A program made the translations under genes and the position numbers. From Robinsoniella sp. (lineage in GTDB: Bacteria; Bacillota; Clostridia; Lachnospirales; Lachnospiraceae), in assembly GCA_023664735.1 (NCBI GenBank), contig JAMPFB010000004.1, forward strand, positions 2,316 through 66,315: a stretch of DNA of 64,000 nucleotides. The letters run 5' to 3'. A model generated the notes under the pieces. The model had not been told where the DNA came from and ran no database searches. It worked only from the letters and a program-made list of their open reading frames with translations. Below are positions 36,381-46,913 of the stretch, in pieces (the stretch's first letter is position 1; each line of letters opens with the position of its first letter).

Positions 36381-39300
36381 TTAATCTAGTTTCAATAAAT
36401 CCATCTTTGTAACACCTAAAACTGCATAAGACTTACCGGACGTGCTAGCATTTACATCACCGGTTATAGATACGCTTTCAATCGTAGTCTCTGCTTCCAC
36501 ATAAAGCTTAAAGTCAACGTTTGTTTTCAGTAAATCCATAGGAAGCTTCAAGCCATACATAACACCGGCTGTAGCATCGGTACCATAAGCATAAGATTGA
36601 CCCTGAGCAAAGTCAGCCGGATAAAATGGCATCCTCAATTCTACCACCGTAACAGCCTGACCATTATCCAGTGTGATAGTCTGTGAACCAGCCGTGCCAT
36701 CAGACACTTCCCTCCAGAATTTAAGCTGGATTTTCTTTGAACCTTTTACCAGATTCGGATCTGATACGCAGAACCATACTTTGGTTGCATTTGCATCCGA
36801 TACCGATACAAATGGGTACTGGTATTTTGTATTGTCCGCTTTATCTATCAGAATAGAAGATTCTGCCTTATTCGTATCGCTGGCATTATAACCAACATTT
36901 TCGTCATATGGTACTACCACATTGCTGATAGCAGAACTGTTCAAATCACTTCCATCATAGATGCTTACGGCAGGCTTTTTGATTCCCGCCCGATATGCAG
37001 CAACCAATGTATTGATGAACAATTGTGCTTCGTATTTATTTTGCGGACTTACTAGATTGCTATGACCGCTTCCGGTATAAGTAACATTACCACTGTTAAA
37101 AATATAATAATTGTTGACTCCATCCTTTGGCGATATATTGTATACGCCATCAGCAAGCTTTGTGTTATTAGTTTCATCAGCTATATTGTCTCCATGTCCA
37201 TAAGCCAGCGTGTACCAAATGGTAATATCCGCCGTTCCATCCTGATCCTGATCCGCCTCCATATTCGGCTGGAAGTACTGCCCATGGGTTCTATTTACCG
37301 CAAATGAATCCGGCAGCTTGTAAGGATAATTTGTAATCTGTCCATCATTTACCTTATCAATAACAACAAGATAATCCTGATTGCTATTTGCTGCTGGTGG
37401 ATGTCCCCAATCATACATATCCGGGGACAACAGTGGAAAATAATCATTGCCTGTAGCTCTCTTGTTTGTATTACCACTCTTATCCTTATAAAATTTCATC
37501 AAAAAGTAATTGGTTAAACCCTGTGTCTCGCCTAGCAACGTCCTCTTATTGCTGCCCGGCTGGTACGCAACACGCCTTCCAGAGCCTTCAATCGCTGCAA
37601 TTGCAGCCGCATTGCCTGAATGCGATTTTGAATAGCTTGTTCCTTGTTTCAAATAGTTTCCAAGTTCTCCTGAAGTAAGACCATATCGATCCATCCCAAG
37701 CTTATCCCGCAATGTTTTTACAACTTTATAAGAGGGATAATGCTCCAAAAAGTCATGGGCAAGCAATACCGGTCTTCCGCTTGCAACATAATTAGCAATA
37801 GCATCCGTTGCTGTTTGAGCTATAAAATCATTTCCTTGTGTGTCCTTGTAGTTATCTCCAAATCCTAACACAAGCATATCAAAATCCTCCAATGCCTCAT
37901 AATAGCGCACCTCTTCTATTGTGGTCCCATTGGCATCTTTCCTAGGATACAAGTTGTTAACATATTGCGTCTGATTTATTGTGGTTATATCCAGCTTAAA
38001 CATGCCTAAAGATTCCAACTGGTTGATATACGCACCATACAAACCATGCTTATACTGTAAGGACAATGTACTTCCATTGTCTCCCTCGCCTCCCTCGTTG
38101 CCATTCAAAGTAATCTGCAGTATTTTGATAGTAGCTGCCGATGCTCCTCTTATGGCAGAATATCCTGTTTCACTGGCGGAAACATTGGGGGTAAGACTCT
38201 TTTGCACCTTCAAGCACCATGGAAGAACTCCCTGAAAGCCATCCGGCACCTCACGCCTTAACCGATACAATACATTCGTAGACAGCTTATAAGAACTCCC
38301 CCGGATGTCAGTGGTATGTACTACCTCCTCATTTGTCAGTGCATTGGTAACAACTGCCCCTTCCAGCTCTTCTGTTTCAGAAAACTTACCGTCTGCATTA
38401 ACATCCACATATAGCTTAGGCGTATATAAATCCGAATCTGTGCTATTTATAGAAAAGTTCTGCAAGGTAAATTCAAATTCTAAATAATATTTGCCATCTG
38501 AGCTTGCTGCAAGGTACTTTGGGGATGTAAGCGCACCATTCGTCAGTTCCACATATTCATACTCCGTAGGCCTTGCTGTAACATTCATAGACAGCTTTGC
38601 CGCATTAACCGCATGAGCCATCTTTTCTTTAAAGTTCGCTGCGGTAACCGGATTTCCAGCTGCCTCCAAGGCATCTGCTTCCGAAATGAAATTATCATAC
38701 CCACTACTGCTATAACTTCCTATGCTCTCCAAATTCCCACTATTCCCTGTTGCTATCTGGAAGAGCTCATACATCTCAGAACAGTTATCAATCCTTCCAT
38801 GGTCAATCCCAGTGATACCTGTATCCGTCAGAGAGCTGCCAGTGTTTATGGTTGGATTGATTATGCGATTATCGCTATCATCCGTCTTTAACATATCGCC
38901 TGCAACAATAATCGGATAGCCATTCTCTAGGAAATCCAGCAATTCTTTCTTTTTATAAACAGTCAAATCTCTCGCTGAAAAACGTGTTTCTCCACTTGTC
39001 TGCCTTTCACGGTTACCTTCAAAATATCCCCATAGCTTCTGTCCACCCCAACCAGAAGGCAGCGCCTCGCTATAATAAGTAATGTCCCCAATATTAAAAT
39101 ATACCATGCCATCCATCAGATTATCCCTGAAATCGGTAATATACTCCGGTGTATCAGCACTTTTGCCCACATCATCCTTTGCTTTGACAGTCTTATAATT
39201 TCCTGTAGTACCCCTATCATATGTGTCATAAGCAGGATTTCGAGAATGGTTTGAGCCGATATAAATAATGTCATAATCCTCACTAACGTTACCATTGATA

Positions 39301-41474
39301 CAGATAAACTCTTCAATCGTCATGCTCGTAAACATTACCCGGTCAATATTTTGTCCCTCTATATCGCCATTATCCTTAACGAAAGGCGCACCTAAATAGG
39401 TCTTAACAAACTCCTCCCTGTTTGCACAGCACTCATTTGCATACCGATTTCCACTATTCTTCACATCCGTATAGCTCTGGGTACCCCAGCCAATATTATA
39501 GGAAAAGTCCCTGCATGGCTCAATTTCCAATACCCGAAGGTCATTTTTTACCAGCTCGGAAGCCGTGCCATCATATGTCAGAATATATTGAACCACGACA
39601 GCAGGCGTTATACGCTCATTCATGGGCTCCGTAGGATTGCTGGCATTATTGGCTCTTACCATATATTCCACTCTGGAAAGTCCTGCCGCTATTACCGTTT
39701 CCGTATATTTGGAATTGAAGTCACCGTTTCCAAAGAAGTCATATGCATCCACCTGTGCCTTTGGAACATCGAAATAGCTAAGTCTATGCTCATATACGTA
39801 TACGCTCCCTGCCACAAAGTTGCTGCTACGCTTAAAAAACTCCTGACTGGCAAGATAATGCCATGTTATATTGCTTACGCTTCCATAAGAGAGAATGCTT
39901 AACTCCCCATTGCTTGCAATGTCAACATCAAACCCATTATTTGCCTCGCCGGACGCCTCATTTCCGGATATTGTGTCCGTCAAAACAGCCGTCTGGTTCT
40001 CCTGCCATAAAAGCAGAGCCAGCTTTTCCATATTGGACAGGCTTCCTACCGCTGCCTTATCTGCAATCAAGCCTGTATCAATCAGGGCATAGTCCATAAT
40101 CACTGCCTTATAATCCGTGCTGATTACTGCATTGTACAGCTCCATTACCTGAGAGTCGGAAAAATCCTTCCCATTATTCAGATAGGTTTCATTGCTTCCT
40201 GAAACATAGATCAAATCATAATCTTTCATGTCGTTACTGATTTCATCCGGAGTCTTTGTCTCTATAATTATATTAATATTGATATTCTTATCCCCAAATA
40301 CCAGCTCCTTAAACCAGCTGCCATTATGGAAGTAATTATTTGAATTATTATTATAATAAACATTCTTCGTCGTATAGCCAAAATATTTTCCAGCAGAGCT
40401 TTCAGAAAACTTCACATTTCCTGTGCCGTTCCCCACATAAGTAATGCCTTCCGGCAAAGCCTTGTTAAACCGGTCGCCTTCTTCTACCGGCGCATAGCTT
40501 CCATCATAAGCTCCCACGCCCTGAAAATATCGCTCTCCATAGCCTTCCTGCGAAGGAGCGACCCAGGAGCCTCCCTCTATATCCTGAAGCATATTCCCAT
40601 CGGTCGAATTCTCTGTTTCTCCGGATTCTGCCGGATTCTGCGGAGATTCTTCCTTAGGGGTTTCATTGCCCTGCCCTTCCTTTTCCTCTGCAGGCTCTTC
40701 CTCTTCATCCTCGACCGTAACAGTCACTTCCTCCTGTTCGTTCACTACCGGCACATCCTGACCGGGTGTTTCCTCCGTTACCCCTTCCGTATTGGAGATG
40801 ACAGAAAGAGCTCTGGTCAATGCCCCACCGCCGATGCTATTATTGCTTACCGGGGGATTATTTCCGCTGACAACGCCTGTCATGGCATTGATTGTTCCGG
40901 ACACATCAATGAAATAGCCATCCTGCAGCATATAATCCCCTGACATGCTGGAATCATTTTCATATACACCATATACCAGCTGCCTGCCTGCCTCTACATA
41001 TCCCGTCATGGCATAGCTGGCAAAGGTTGCAGCATCAGAATAAACCGGATTGTCAGATACATGCCCGGCGCTATTTCCATAATCAGCGCCATAATCCTTA
41101 ATCAGACCATAGTCACGCATCATCAGCAAATTGGAAACACCTTCCGCTGCTAAAAAGCTTCCGATGGATTTTGCTTTGGAAACCTCCATAAAATCCCGAT
41201 TGCCGCTTCCATCCTCCATAAAATATCCGATTTCCTCATTCTCATGAAGGGTATGCTCCGGCACCACCTCCAAAATCCTGAAAGTATCACCGCTTTTGTA
41301 TTTATCTGACACCTTCTGCAAAACCTTCGTACTTGCCTCTACCTGTGCAGTAGCCTTTTTTGCCACAAAGGTGCAAATGGCAATGGCAACAGCCAATACA
41401 GCTGCGGTACTCAATATTCTAATAATCAGCTTCTTTTTTCCTTTTTCCATATTCTCTCTCCATTGCATTTGCAT
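36381..41474 (-). CDS. Giant (about 1690 aa) exported non-pilin protein, last gene of the pilus operon; candidate pilus-associated adhesin
   Basis: An N-terminal K-rich segment is followed by one hydrophobic segment (LIIRILSTAAVLAVAIAICTFVA), with no prepilin G-F-x-L-x-E motif and no LPXTG. It has an acidic linker, a three-fold recurring pattern (FRILEVVP / LRVLEIEP / IKILQITL, each followed by DYDLIYVSGS / DYDIIYIGS / DFDMLVLGFG), and the DVNADGKFSETE and DQDQDGTAD calcium-loop motifs. Alternative starts at 41468 and 41450. Confidence 0.7.
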   Translation of the reverse strand: MQMQWRENMEKGKKKLIIRILSTAAVLAVAIAICTFVAKKATAQVEASTKVLQKVSDKYKSGDTFRILEVVPEHTLHENEEIGYFMEDGSGNRDFMEVSKAKSIGSFLAAEGVSNLLMMRDYGLIKDYGADYGNSAGHVSDNPVYSDAATFASYAMTGYVEAGRQLVYGVYENDSSMSGDYMLQDGYFIDVSGTINAMTGVVSGNNPPVSNNSIGGGALTRALSVISNTEGVTEETPGQDVPVVNEQEEVTVTVEDEEEEPAEEKEGQGNETPKEESPQNPAESGETENSTDGNMLQDIEGGSWVAPSQEGYGERYFQGVGAYDGSYAPVEEGDRFNKALPEGITYVGNGTGNVKFSESSAGKYFGYTTKNVYYNNNSNNYFHNGSWFKELVFGDKNININIIIETKTPDEISNDMKDYDLIYVSGSNETYLNNGKDFSDSQVMELYNAVISTDYKAVIMDYALIDTGLIADKAAVGSLSNMEKLALLLWQENQTAVLTDTISGNEASGEANNGFDVDIASNGELSILSYGSVSNITWHYLASQEFFKRSSNFVAGSVYVYEHRLSYFDVPKAQVDAYDFFGNGDFNSKYTETVIAAGLSRVEYMVRANNASNPTEPMNERITPAVVVQYILTYDGTASELVKNDLRVLEIEPCRDFSYNIGWGTQSYTDVKNSGNRYANECCANREEFVKTYLGAPFVKDNGDIEGQNIDRVMFTSMTIEEFICINGNVSEDYDIIYIGSNHSRNPAYDTYDRGTTGNYKTVKAKDDVGKSADTPEYITDFRDNLMDGMVYFNIGDITYYSEALPSGWGGQKLWGYFEGNRERQTSGETRFSARDLTVYKKKELLDFLENGYPIIVAGDMLKTDDSDNRIINPTINTGSSLTDTGITGIDHGRIDNCSEMYELFQIATGNSGNLESIGSYSSSGYDNFISEADALEAAGNPVTAANFKEKMAHAVNAAKLSMNVTARPTEYEYVELTNGALTSPKYLAASSDGKYYLEFEFTLQNFSINSTDSDLYTPKLYVDVNADGKFSETEELEGAVVTNALTNEEVVHTTDIRGSSYKLSTNVLYRLRREVPDGFQGVLPWCLKVQKSLTPNVSASETGYSAIRGASAATIKILQITLNGNEGGEGDNGSTLSLQYKHGLYGAYINQLESLGMFKLDITTINQTQYVNNLYPRKDANGTTIEEVRYYEALEDFDMLVLGFGDNYKDTQGNDFIAQTATDAIANYVASGRPVLLAHDFLEHYPSYKVVKTLRDKLGMDRYGLTSGELGNYLKQGTSYSKSHSGNAAAIAAIEGSGRRVAYQPGSNKRTLLGETQGLTNYFLMKFYKDKSGNTNKRATGNDYFPLLSPDMYDWGHPPAANSNQDYLVVIDKVNDGQITNYPYKLPDSFAVNRTHGQYFQPNMEADQDQDGTADITIWYTLAYGHGDNIADETNNTKLADGVYNISPKDGVNNYYIFNSGNVTYTGSGHSNLVSPQNKYEAQLFINTLVAAYRAGIKKPAVSIYDGSDLNSSAISNVVVPYDENVGYNASDTNKAESSILIDKADNTKYQYPFVSVSDANATKVWFCVSDPNLVKGSKKIQLKFWREVSDGTAGSQTITLDNGQAVTVVELRMPFYPADFAQGQSYAYGTDATAGVMYGLKLPMDLLKTNVDFKLYVEAETTIESVSITGDVNASTSGKSYAVLGVTKMDLLKLD

Positions 41475-41514
41475 TCACCTGTTCCTATTAGTTATTGCTA
41501 TTTTCTGCTATTTG

Positions 41515-43794
41515 CTATCTATTGTTCCTTCTCCAGTAATGATATGTGGAATCATATACATAACCCAGTCCGTTATATTCCATTTCAAGATTACCGTTTC
41601 TTACCCTTAGTTTTATATTCAGGTTTCCTGTAGGTGTGGAAACTGTCCTGGTTTGATATTTCTTACCAAGACCGTCTCGTCCCTGCTCAGGAATATAAGC
41701 AGTAACTCCTTCCACATTTGCCACATACACCGTATATTGTACATAAGAATCCGCAGCCTTATTTGAGATTACATAATAATCATCCAGTGCAAGCGTCAAG
41801 GTAATTGGCGCCTCCGGATACTCCCTTGTGTTACTTGCTGCCGTCAGCCTGAACTTAGCCTCCGTCACTCCTTTATCCCTTGTTCCAAGCAGGCTCTTGC
41901 CATTTTCTGTAGTCACCATCCTGCAGGACAGGTATTTGTTGGCTCCGCTGCTACTGCCGCCTACCTGAGTGCCATCCATAAACATACTCATCTGGGAAGA
42001 CTTTGTAATATTAAAGCCTAAAGTGGAAAGCGTAATATCCGAAGTAGTTCCTTTCCTGATGACAAGCACATTATCAGTAGGTCCAACCTTTAGCACCTGC
42101 ACCGCCGGAAGCGTAATCGTAGTGGTTCTGCTGTCAGTGCCTGTAGGTGTAGTAAAGTCAACCTTAAGTCCAATTTGCAGTCCCTGATAAAAACGGGCTT
42201 TTCTTGTAAAATCTCCATCATGATAAGCATCATAATCCACATATAAGACATAATTGTTATCAAAGTAAACGAAGTCGCTGAAATTTCCCGTATAATCCGG
42301 CACATTCGTTACTTCAATCTTGTCAATGCTGATTACAGAAGTAACATCTCCTGCAATCTCCGTAGGATTTACCATATAATAGGACTTCAAATCCATATTG
42401 ACGCCTCTTAAGAACTGGATATCCGATGTCAATATCGAATCCGCTATGTAAAAGACATATTCACCCTTCACTGTATTATCAAAAACAGAGGTCGCTTCTA
42501 CTTTAAAGCGATAGGCGGAATTTATATTGTTTCTTAAAAGCACCGTATTGCCATTCATAGCAGCTTCCGTAATGCTGTTGGCCTCCTGCCAGTTTCCTGC
42601 AAAATTGCCAGAGCCGTCTTTTATATCCTTGTATATTTTCCATGTAACCTGCTCATTTCCCTCTAAGTTCCAACCATCCACATTTGCGTTGAAAGTGATG
42701 GTAGCATTCTTTGTGGATACAGGCTGCCCCATATCATTATTACGCAGCGGCGTATAGGGATTTACCCATACTCCCAATGCTTTTACTACCTTAATCGTTG
42801 TATAGCCTATTTTTGTAGGATCCTCTCTGGAAGTAGAAATTACCCGAAAGGATTTTACAGTAGGATCCGGAATAGGCGTTATAGTATGCTGCCTTAGCGA
42901 AATCCGGTTTGGATCTGCCGGATCTGGGACTATATCTACGCCTGTCGCATCAGGGTCAGAGGAAAGCGACCAATCCACCGCTGTATCAGCGCTGCCTGTG
43001 CTCACTACTTTTGCATAAATATAAGGATTGCTGTCAGGATCAGTCCACTTTATATCTAATGGCTGATTTGCCTTTACCTCCATCCTAATGGTGGCAGGGT
43101 CATTCTTAAGAGAAACAATGCTATCCGCCGCCGGTCTTTCGGGAGTTGCATCGCTTCCCTCCTCTACATCCTTATTGCGCATGTGCACCTGATAATTTCC
43201 CGTATAGTCCCTGTTCCTTAAAGCATAAGTCAAATCAAATTCCAATATCTTGTCGCTTGTAAGCTTATCAGTATTTACAGTAAAATCCTGTACGTTATCC
43301 GCCAGCATTTCCGCATCCTCTGGATCAAAGCCGTTCCAATCATCACTTGCGCTGTCCCATGTGGTTTCATTAAAATAAATCACATTTCTAGCCTGATCAA
43401 AAAAGATAATCGACTTTGTCTGGCTGCTATTATTGATAAGCTGCAATATTTTAGCATTATTTAATACAATCAAATCAGCAGGATCACTGGAATATGTAGG
43501 ATAATAGCTTACATTAAACGAAACAGGAAGCCCGGTTGTAACATCTATGGAACCATCATAAAACTTCAGCTGCGTCTCACAGTCAATAACCCTGTCGGTA
43601 ATCGCATTGGCTGTAAACTGCGCCGCCTCCTGAACATCCGTTTCCGCACTGCTATGATTGTAGGTATTAGAGCTCTGCTGGACAAATGCCACCAACGATG
43701 CGCCCACAATGGACACAATCATAACCGCAACAAGCAGTTCAACTAATGAAAATCCGCTATTCTCCTGTAATAATTTTCTTTGAACATTCTTCAT
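41515..43794 (-). CDS. Very large minor-pilin-like protein (about 760 aa) with a class III prepilin signal
   Basis: MKNVQRKLLQENSG/FSLVELLVAVMIVSIV is a prepilin cleavage/methylation motif with Glu5. ATG 43794 (AGGTG RBS) is preferred over the TTG at 43827. Confidence 0.8.
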   Translation of the reverse strand: MKNVQRKLLQENSGFSLVELLVAVMIVSIVGASLVAFVQQSSNTYNHSSAETDVQEAAQFTANAITDRVIDCETQLKFYDGSIDVTTGLPVSFNVSYYPTYSSDPADLIVLNNAKILQLINNSSQTKSIIFFDQARNVIYFNETTWDSASDDWNGFDPEDAEMLADNVQDFTVNTDKLTSDKILEFDLTYALRNRDYTGNYQVHMRNKDVEEGSDATPERPAADSIVSLKNDPATIRMEVKANQPLDIKWTDPDSNPYIYAKVVSTGSADTAVDWSLSSDPDATGVDIVPDPADPNRISLRQHTITPIPDPTVKSFRVISTSREDPTKIGYTTIKVVKALGVWVNPYTPLRNNDMGQPVSTKNATITFNANVDGWNLEGNEQVTWKIYKDIKDGSGNFAGNWQEANSITEAAMNGNTVLLRNNINSAYRFKVEATSVFDNTVKGEYVFYIADSILTSDIQFLRGVNMDLKSYYMVNPTEIAGDVTSVISIDKIEVTNVPDYTGNFSDFVYFDNNYVLYVDYDAYHDGDFTRKARFYQGLQIGLKVDFTTPTGTDSRTTTITLPAVQVLKVGPTDNVLVIRKGTTSDITLSTLGFNITKSSQMSMFMDGTQVGGSSSGANKYLSCRMVTTENGKSLLGTRDKGVTEAKFRLTAASNTREYPEAPITLTLALDDYYVISNKAADSYVQYTVYVANVEGVTAYIPEQGRDGLGKKYQTRTVSTPTGNLNIKLRVRNGNLEMEYNGLGYVYDSTYHYWRRNNR

Positions 43795-43807
43795 ACTATT
43801 CACCTGC

Positions 43808-44374
43808 TTACCGCCCTTTTCGCACAACCTTACCTGTTTTCTTCATCAACTTAAGCTCATATTGCCTGCTTCCGCCTAATATATAGATTTCTTCTATGTA
43901 TTTTCCGTCCTTATAAGGAAGAAAGGCTCCCGTAGAACGGTCATAGGAAAACATAATGCCATTGCCTTCTCCTCCGACCAATTCCTCATCTGTAAGACCT
44001 GCCCCCTTGCAGATCATGGTAACGCCTCTTCCGGCTATCTTGTTTCCTTTCTCTTCTTTTGCTACACCCATCACATAAGTCTTGGCATAAATAGAATTAT
44101 CATACTTATAAAATTCAATATATACCCCGTCATTTTGTATATCCGTATTCACTCCCCCAAAAGTATCCTTTACGGAAACGGTTTTGGTAAGCTTTGAATG
44201 GGCAAGCACCTGTACTTTTTCTGTTGTAAGGGTATTGACCACCTTTTTATAGGCCTCCTGCGCCCTGTAGCTAAAGAGCACATCGCTTTTAATAACGCCA
44301 AAAGTAATCACTATTCCCATTACTGCCATTATTACAATTAGCTCGATTAAAGAAAACCCCTTATTCTCTTTCAT
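43808..44374 (-). CDS. Minor pilin (188 aa) with a prepilin signal
   Basis: MKENKG/FSLIELIVIMAVMGIV, the canonical G-F-x-L-I-E motif. Confidence 0.8.
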   Translation of the reverse strand: MKENKGFSLIELIVIMAVMGIVITFGVIKSDVLFSYRAQEAYKKVVNTLTTEKVQVLAHSKLTKTVSVKDTFGGVNTDIQNDGVYIEFYKYDNSIYAKTYVMGVAKEEKGNKIAGRGVTMICKGAGLTDEELVGGEGNGIMFSYDRSTGAFLPYKDGKYIEEIYILGGSRQYELKLMKKTGKVVRKGR

Positions 44375-44382
44375 ACCATCAC

Positions 44383-46905
44383 CTACTTTTTATTCCAGTT
44401 TTCGTAGTAAATCAAATCCGCAAGCTCCATATATCCATACTCGTTAGACGGTGTCGTATTCGTATCATTTGCCGCTGTATAATTTAAATAAGAAGCGCCG
44501 TCAATCAGAATATCTGCTGCAAAATGTCCGTTCACAAGATCGTTTTGATCCCTGCAGCTCATTGCCGCTTTTACCTTATCCGGAACTGCAATAAAGCTGT
44601 CACAGCTTGGTTCAACGGTAATTGTTCCTCTTGCAAGGATTACGCCTTTAAATTCCCTTGCCGTAACTCTTACATCTCCGCTGGCAACAACAAAGTAAAG
44701 CTTGTCGGCATTGGAATCTGTAATTTCAAAAGGACTGCCATTATAATTATTCACTATCATTGCATTGACTTCGTCTGCCGGGTCTACGCCTGTTCCGCTG
44801 TTCGTACATATCATAGTTGTCCCTGCCGGAACAATATCGCCAAACTGCTCAGTGCCTGATGCCACATCGTCTCCAAATGCATCGTCGCCTAAAACAATAT
44901 TTTCATATGCCGTGCGCAGGGAACCATCCACCGGATTAGTCAGTTCTGAGCTCGCTACATTTTCTATATTTAAAAGCAGCTTTGCAAATAAAGCCTGATG
45001 GCTGTCTTTAATTACATCTATGCTGGAATTTAAGCTTGCTATGTTATTTAAGTCTTCCGTTTTCGTGTCTCTCTTCAAAACTGCATTGCCAGTACCATTA
45101 TTATCAAAATAAACCAGATTTCCCGCAATATGTAAAGGAGAATTTACTACGCCGCTTGCATTCCTTGTACCCAAGGCTTCATTCCAGCTGAATTCTGCCA
45201 CATATTTTTTGATATATGCATCCAAAGCCTCTTTATCCGCAGCATAATAGTCACTGAAAAACTCATTTGCCATGGATTCTGAATTAAAATATAAGTAATA
45301 ATATACCATAACAGTGCCATCCACCCGCCGGTAAACCGGACGGTATGATGCACCATATGCATTAACTGATTTTCCAAGCTTTTCAAACACCTTATCCAGA
45401 CGCACTACCGAATATTTTAAAAGCGCATTTCCTGCCGCATCCGTTATCGTAGCGCCCGAAGCATCCGTCTGCACAGTGGTGGTAAGCATAGTATGCTCCG
45501 CTATAGTCATTGGGTTCTTTGGCAATACCTGTACATTTCCTTCATATCCCATGCATTCCTCAGGCACCATATACATCATCTGATCGCCTTTTACTGCAAC
45601 AGACTGGCCTAACATAAAATCACTGCTATTTAAATAGGGATCGGAAGGATCCGGACTGGGATTGATAGTATCCACATAATCAGACCCGGAAGCAACATTT
45701 GCATCATAATGCCTTGCTCCTACGAAAGCATGACCCATCAGCATCAGGTTATTAAGCTGCGACATATCCAGCGTTGTATTTGCCCCATTAATCAATATGG
45801 AGCTACTGTCCTCTGCCTGAACGCTGCCGCTTCCATAACCATAGTACTCCCCACCCAGAGTAATCCGGGAATTTCTTCCTTCTATCGTCAAATCGTCCTT
45901 GACATATGTTTTGTCCTGCAGGGAAACATTATTGGCGCTGAACACATCAATCGCTTCTGTCCAAAGCTGGGTCCCCGGCAAGGTAGTAAGGCCCGAACCG
46001 GCGCCATCTTTTCCAACTGTAACCTGCTTTGCTATATATTTACGTTCCTGCCCCGTTGTTTCATCTCCTACACGCAGACTCCGCCTATTATCTATAATCG
46101 TGCCAATCTTGCCGCCGCCATACACGCTTCCATTGATGGTGGTCTGAGTATTCCCATTCTTTACCTCCAGCAGCTCATTGGCAATCAGGCAGTAATTTTC
46201 AATATCAGGCATTTGTTTAGTAGATACAAAGCTTACTGTCGGTATCTTGATTACGATATCTGTGGTAAGCATGGACACATATCCTCTCAAATCCCGATAT
46301 TGCAAGGATACGTTTTTCAAAATCAGCATATCACCATTGCCAGGTTGATATGCAACTTCAGTATTGCCGATTCTTGTGTTCAGCGCTGGTATAAGATCCG
46401 GATCTGAGCCATCCTGCTTCGTAAGAACCAAAGCCCCAACATCCTTAGAGGAATCATATCTTGTTTTATCCAAATAGAGAGTCAGCTTATCCACCCTGTA
46501 TAACTGTGAATTTGTACCAGAACTGCCGGGCTGTTTATATCGAAGCTTCTCCCATAATGATTTATAAAAGCTCGTTTTGAATTCATCTTCCTTTTGCTGC
46601 ACAGAAAGATTGGATTGCCTACTGACTGCCGTGTAGCATTCTGCCATCGAAAGGGAAATTTCTCTCTGCAGTCCTACATTAATTTCATCCAGGGCAGTCT
46701 CCACCGTGTAAAAACTATTCTTTGCACTTCTATCGTTGTATTTCATATAGAAGTTGTAATAAGACGCATATACGCTGATGGATACCAGCACTCCTACAAA
46801 GGAAACCATAATAATAACCATTATTAAGGAAGAGCCTTCGTTCTGATACCGTTTCTTTCTAATTGCTTCTAATACCCCTGAAATTTTGTGAAACATAGAA
46901 AACAT
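44383..46905 (-). CDS. Large PilX/GspK-like pseudopilin-type protein (840 aa) lacking Glu5
   Basis: The N-terminus ...RYQNEG/SSLIMVIIMVSFVGVLVSI resembles PilX/GspK-type N-terminal helices, which lack the conserved Glu5. The gene is embedded among the minor pilin genes. Confidence 0.65.
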   Translation of the reverse strand: MFSMFHKISGVLEAIRKKRYQNEGSSLIMVIIMVSFVGVLVSISVYASYYNFYMKYNDRSAKNSFYTVETALDEINVGLQREISLSMAECYTAVSRQSNLSVQQKEDEFKTSFYKSLWEKLRYKQPGSSGTNSQLYRVDKLTLYLDKTRYDSSKDVGALVLTKQDGSDPDLIPALNTRIGNTEVAYQPGNGDMLILKNVSLQYRDLRGYVSMLTTDIVIKIPTVSFVSTKQMPDIENYCLIANELLEVKNGNTQTTINGSVYGGGKIGTIIDNRRSLRVGDETTGQERKYIAKQVTVGKDGAGSGLTTLPGTQLWTEAIDVFSANNVSLQDKTYVKDDLTIEGRNSRITLGGEYYGYGSGSVQAEDSSSILINGANTTLDMSQLNNLMLMGHAFVGARHYDANVASGSDYVDTINPSPDPSDPYLNSSDFMLGQSVAVKGDQMMYMVPEECMGYEGNVQVLPKNPMTIAEHTMLTTTVQTDASGATITDAAGNALLKYSVVRLDKVFEKLGKSVNAYGASYRPVYRRVDGTVMVYYYLYFNSESMANEFFSDYYAADKEALDAYIKKYVAEFSWNEALGTRNASGVVNSPLHIAGNLVYFDNNGTGNAVLKRDTKTEDLNNIASLNSSIDVIKDSHQALFAKLLLNIENVASSELTNPVDGSLRTAYENIVLGDDAFGDDVASGTEQFGDIVPAGTTMICTNSGTGVDPADEVNAMIVNNYNGSPFEITDSNADKLYFVVASGDVRVTAREFKGVILARGTITVEPSCDSFIAVPDKVKAAMSCRDQNDLVNGHFAADILIDGASYLNYTAANDTNTTPSNEYGYMELADLIYYENWNKK

Positions 46906-46913
46906 TCCTTTCT

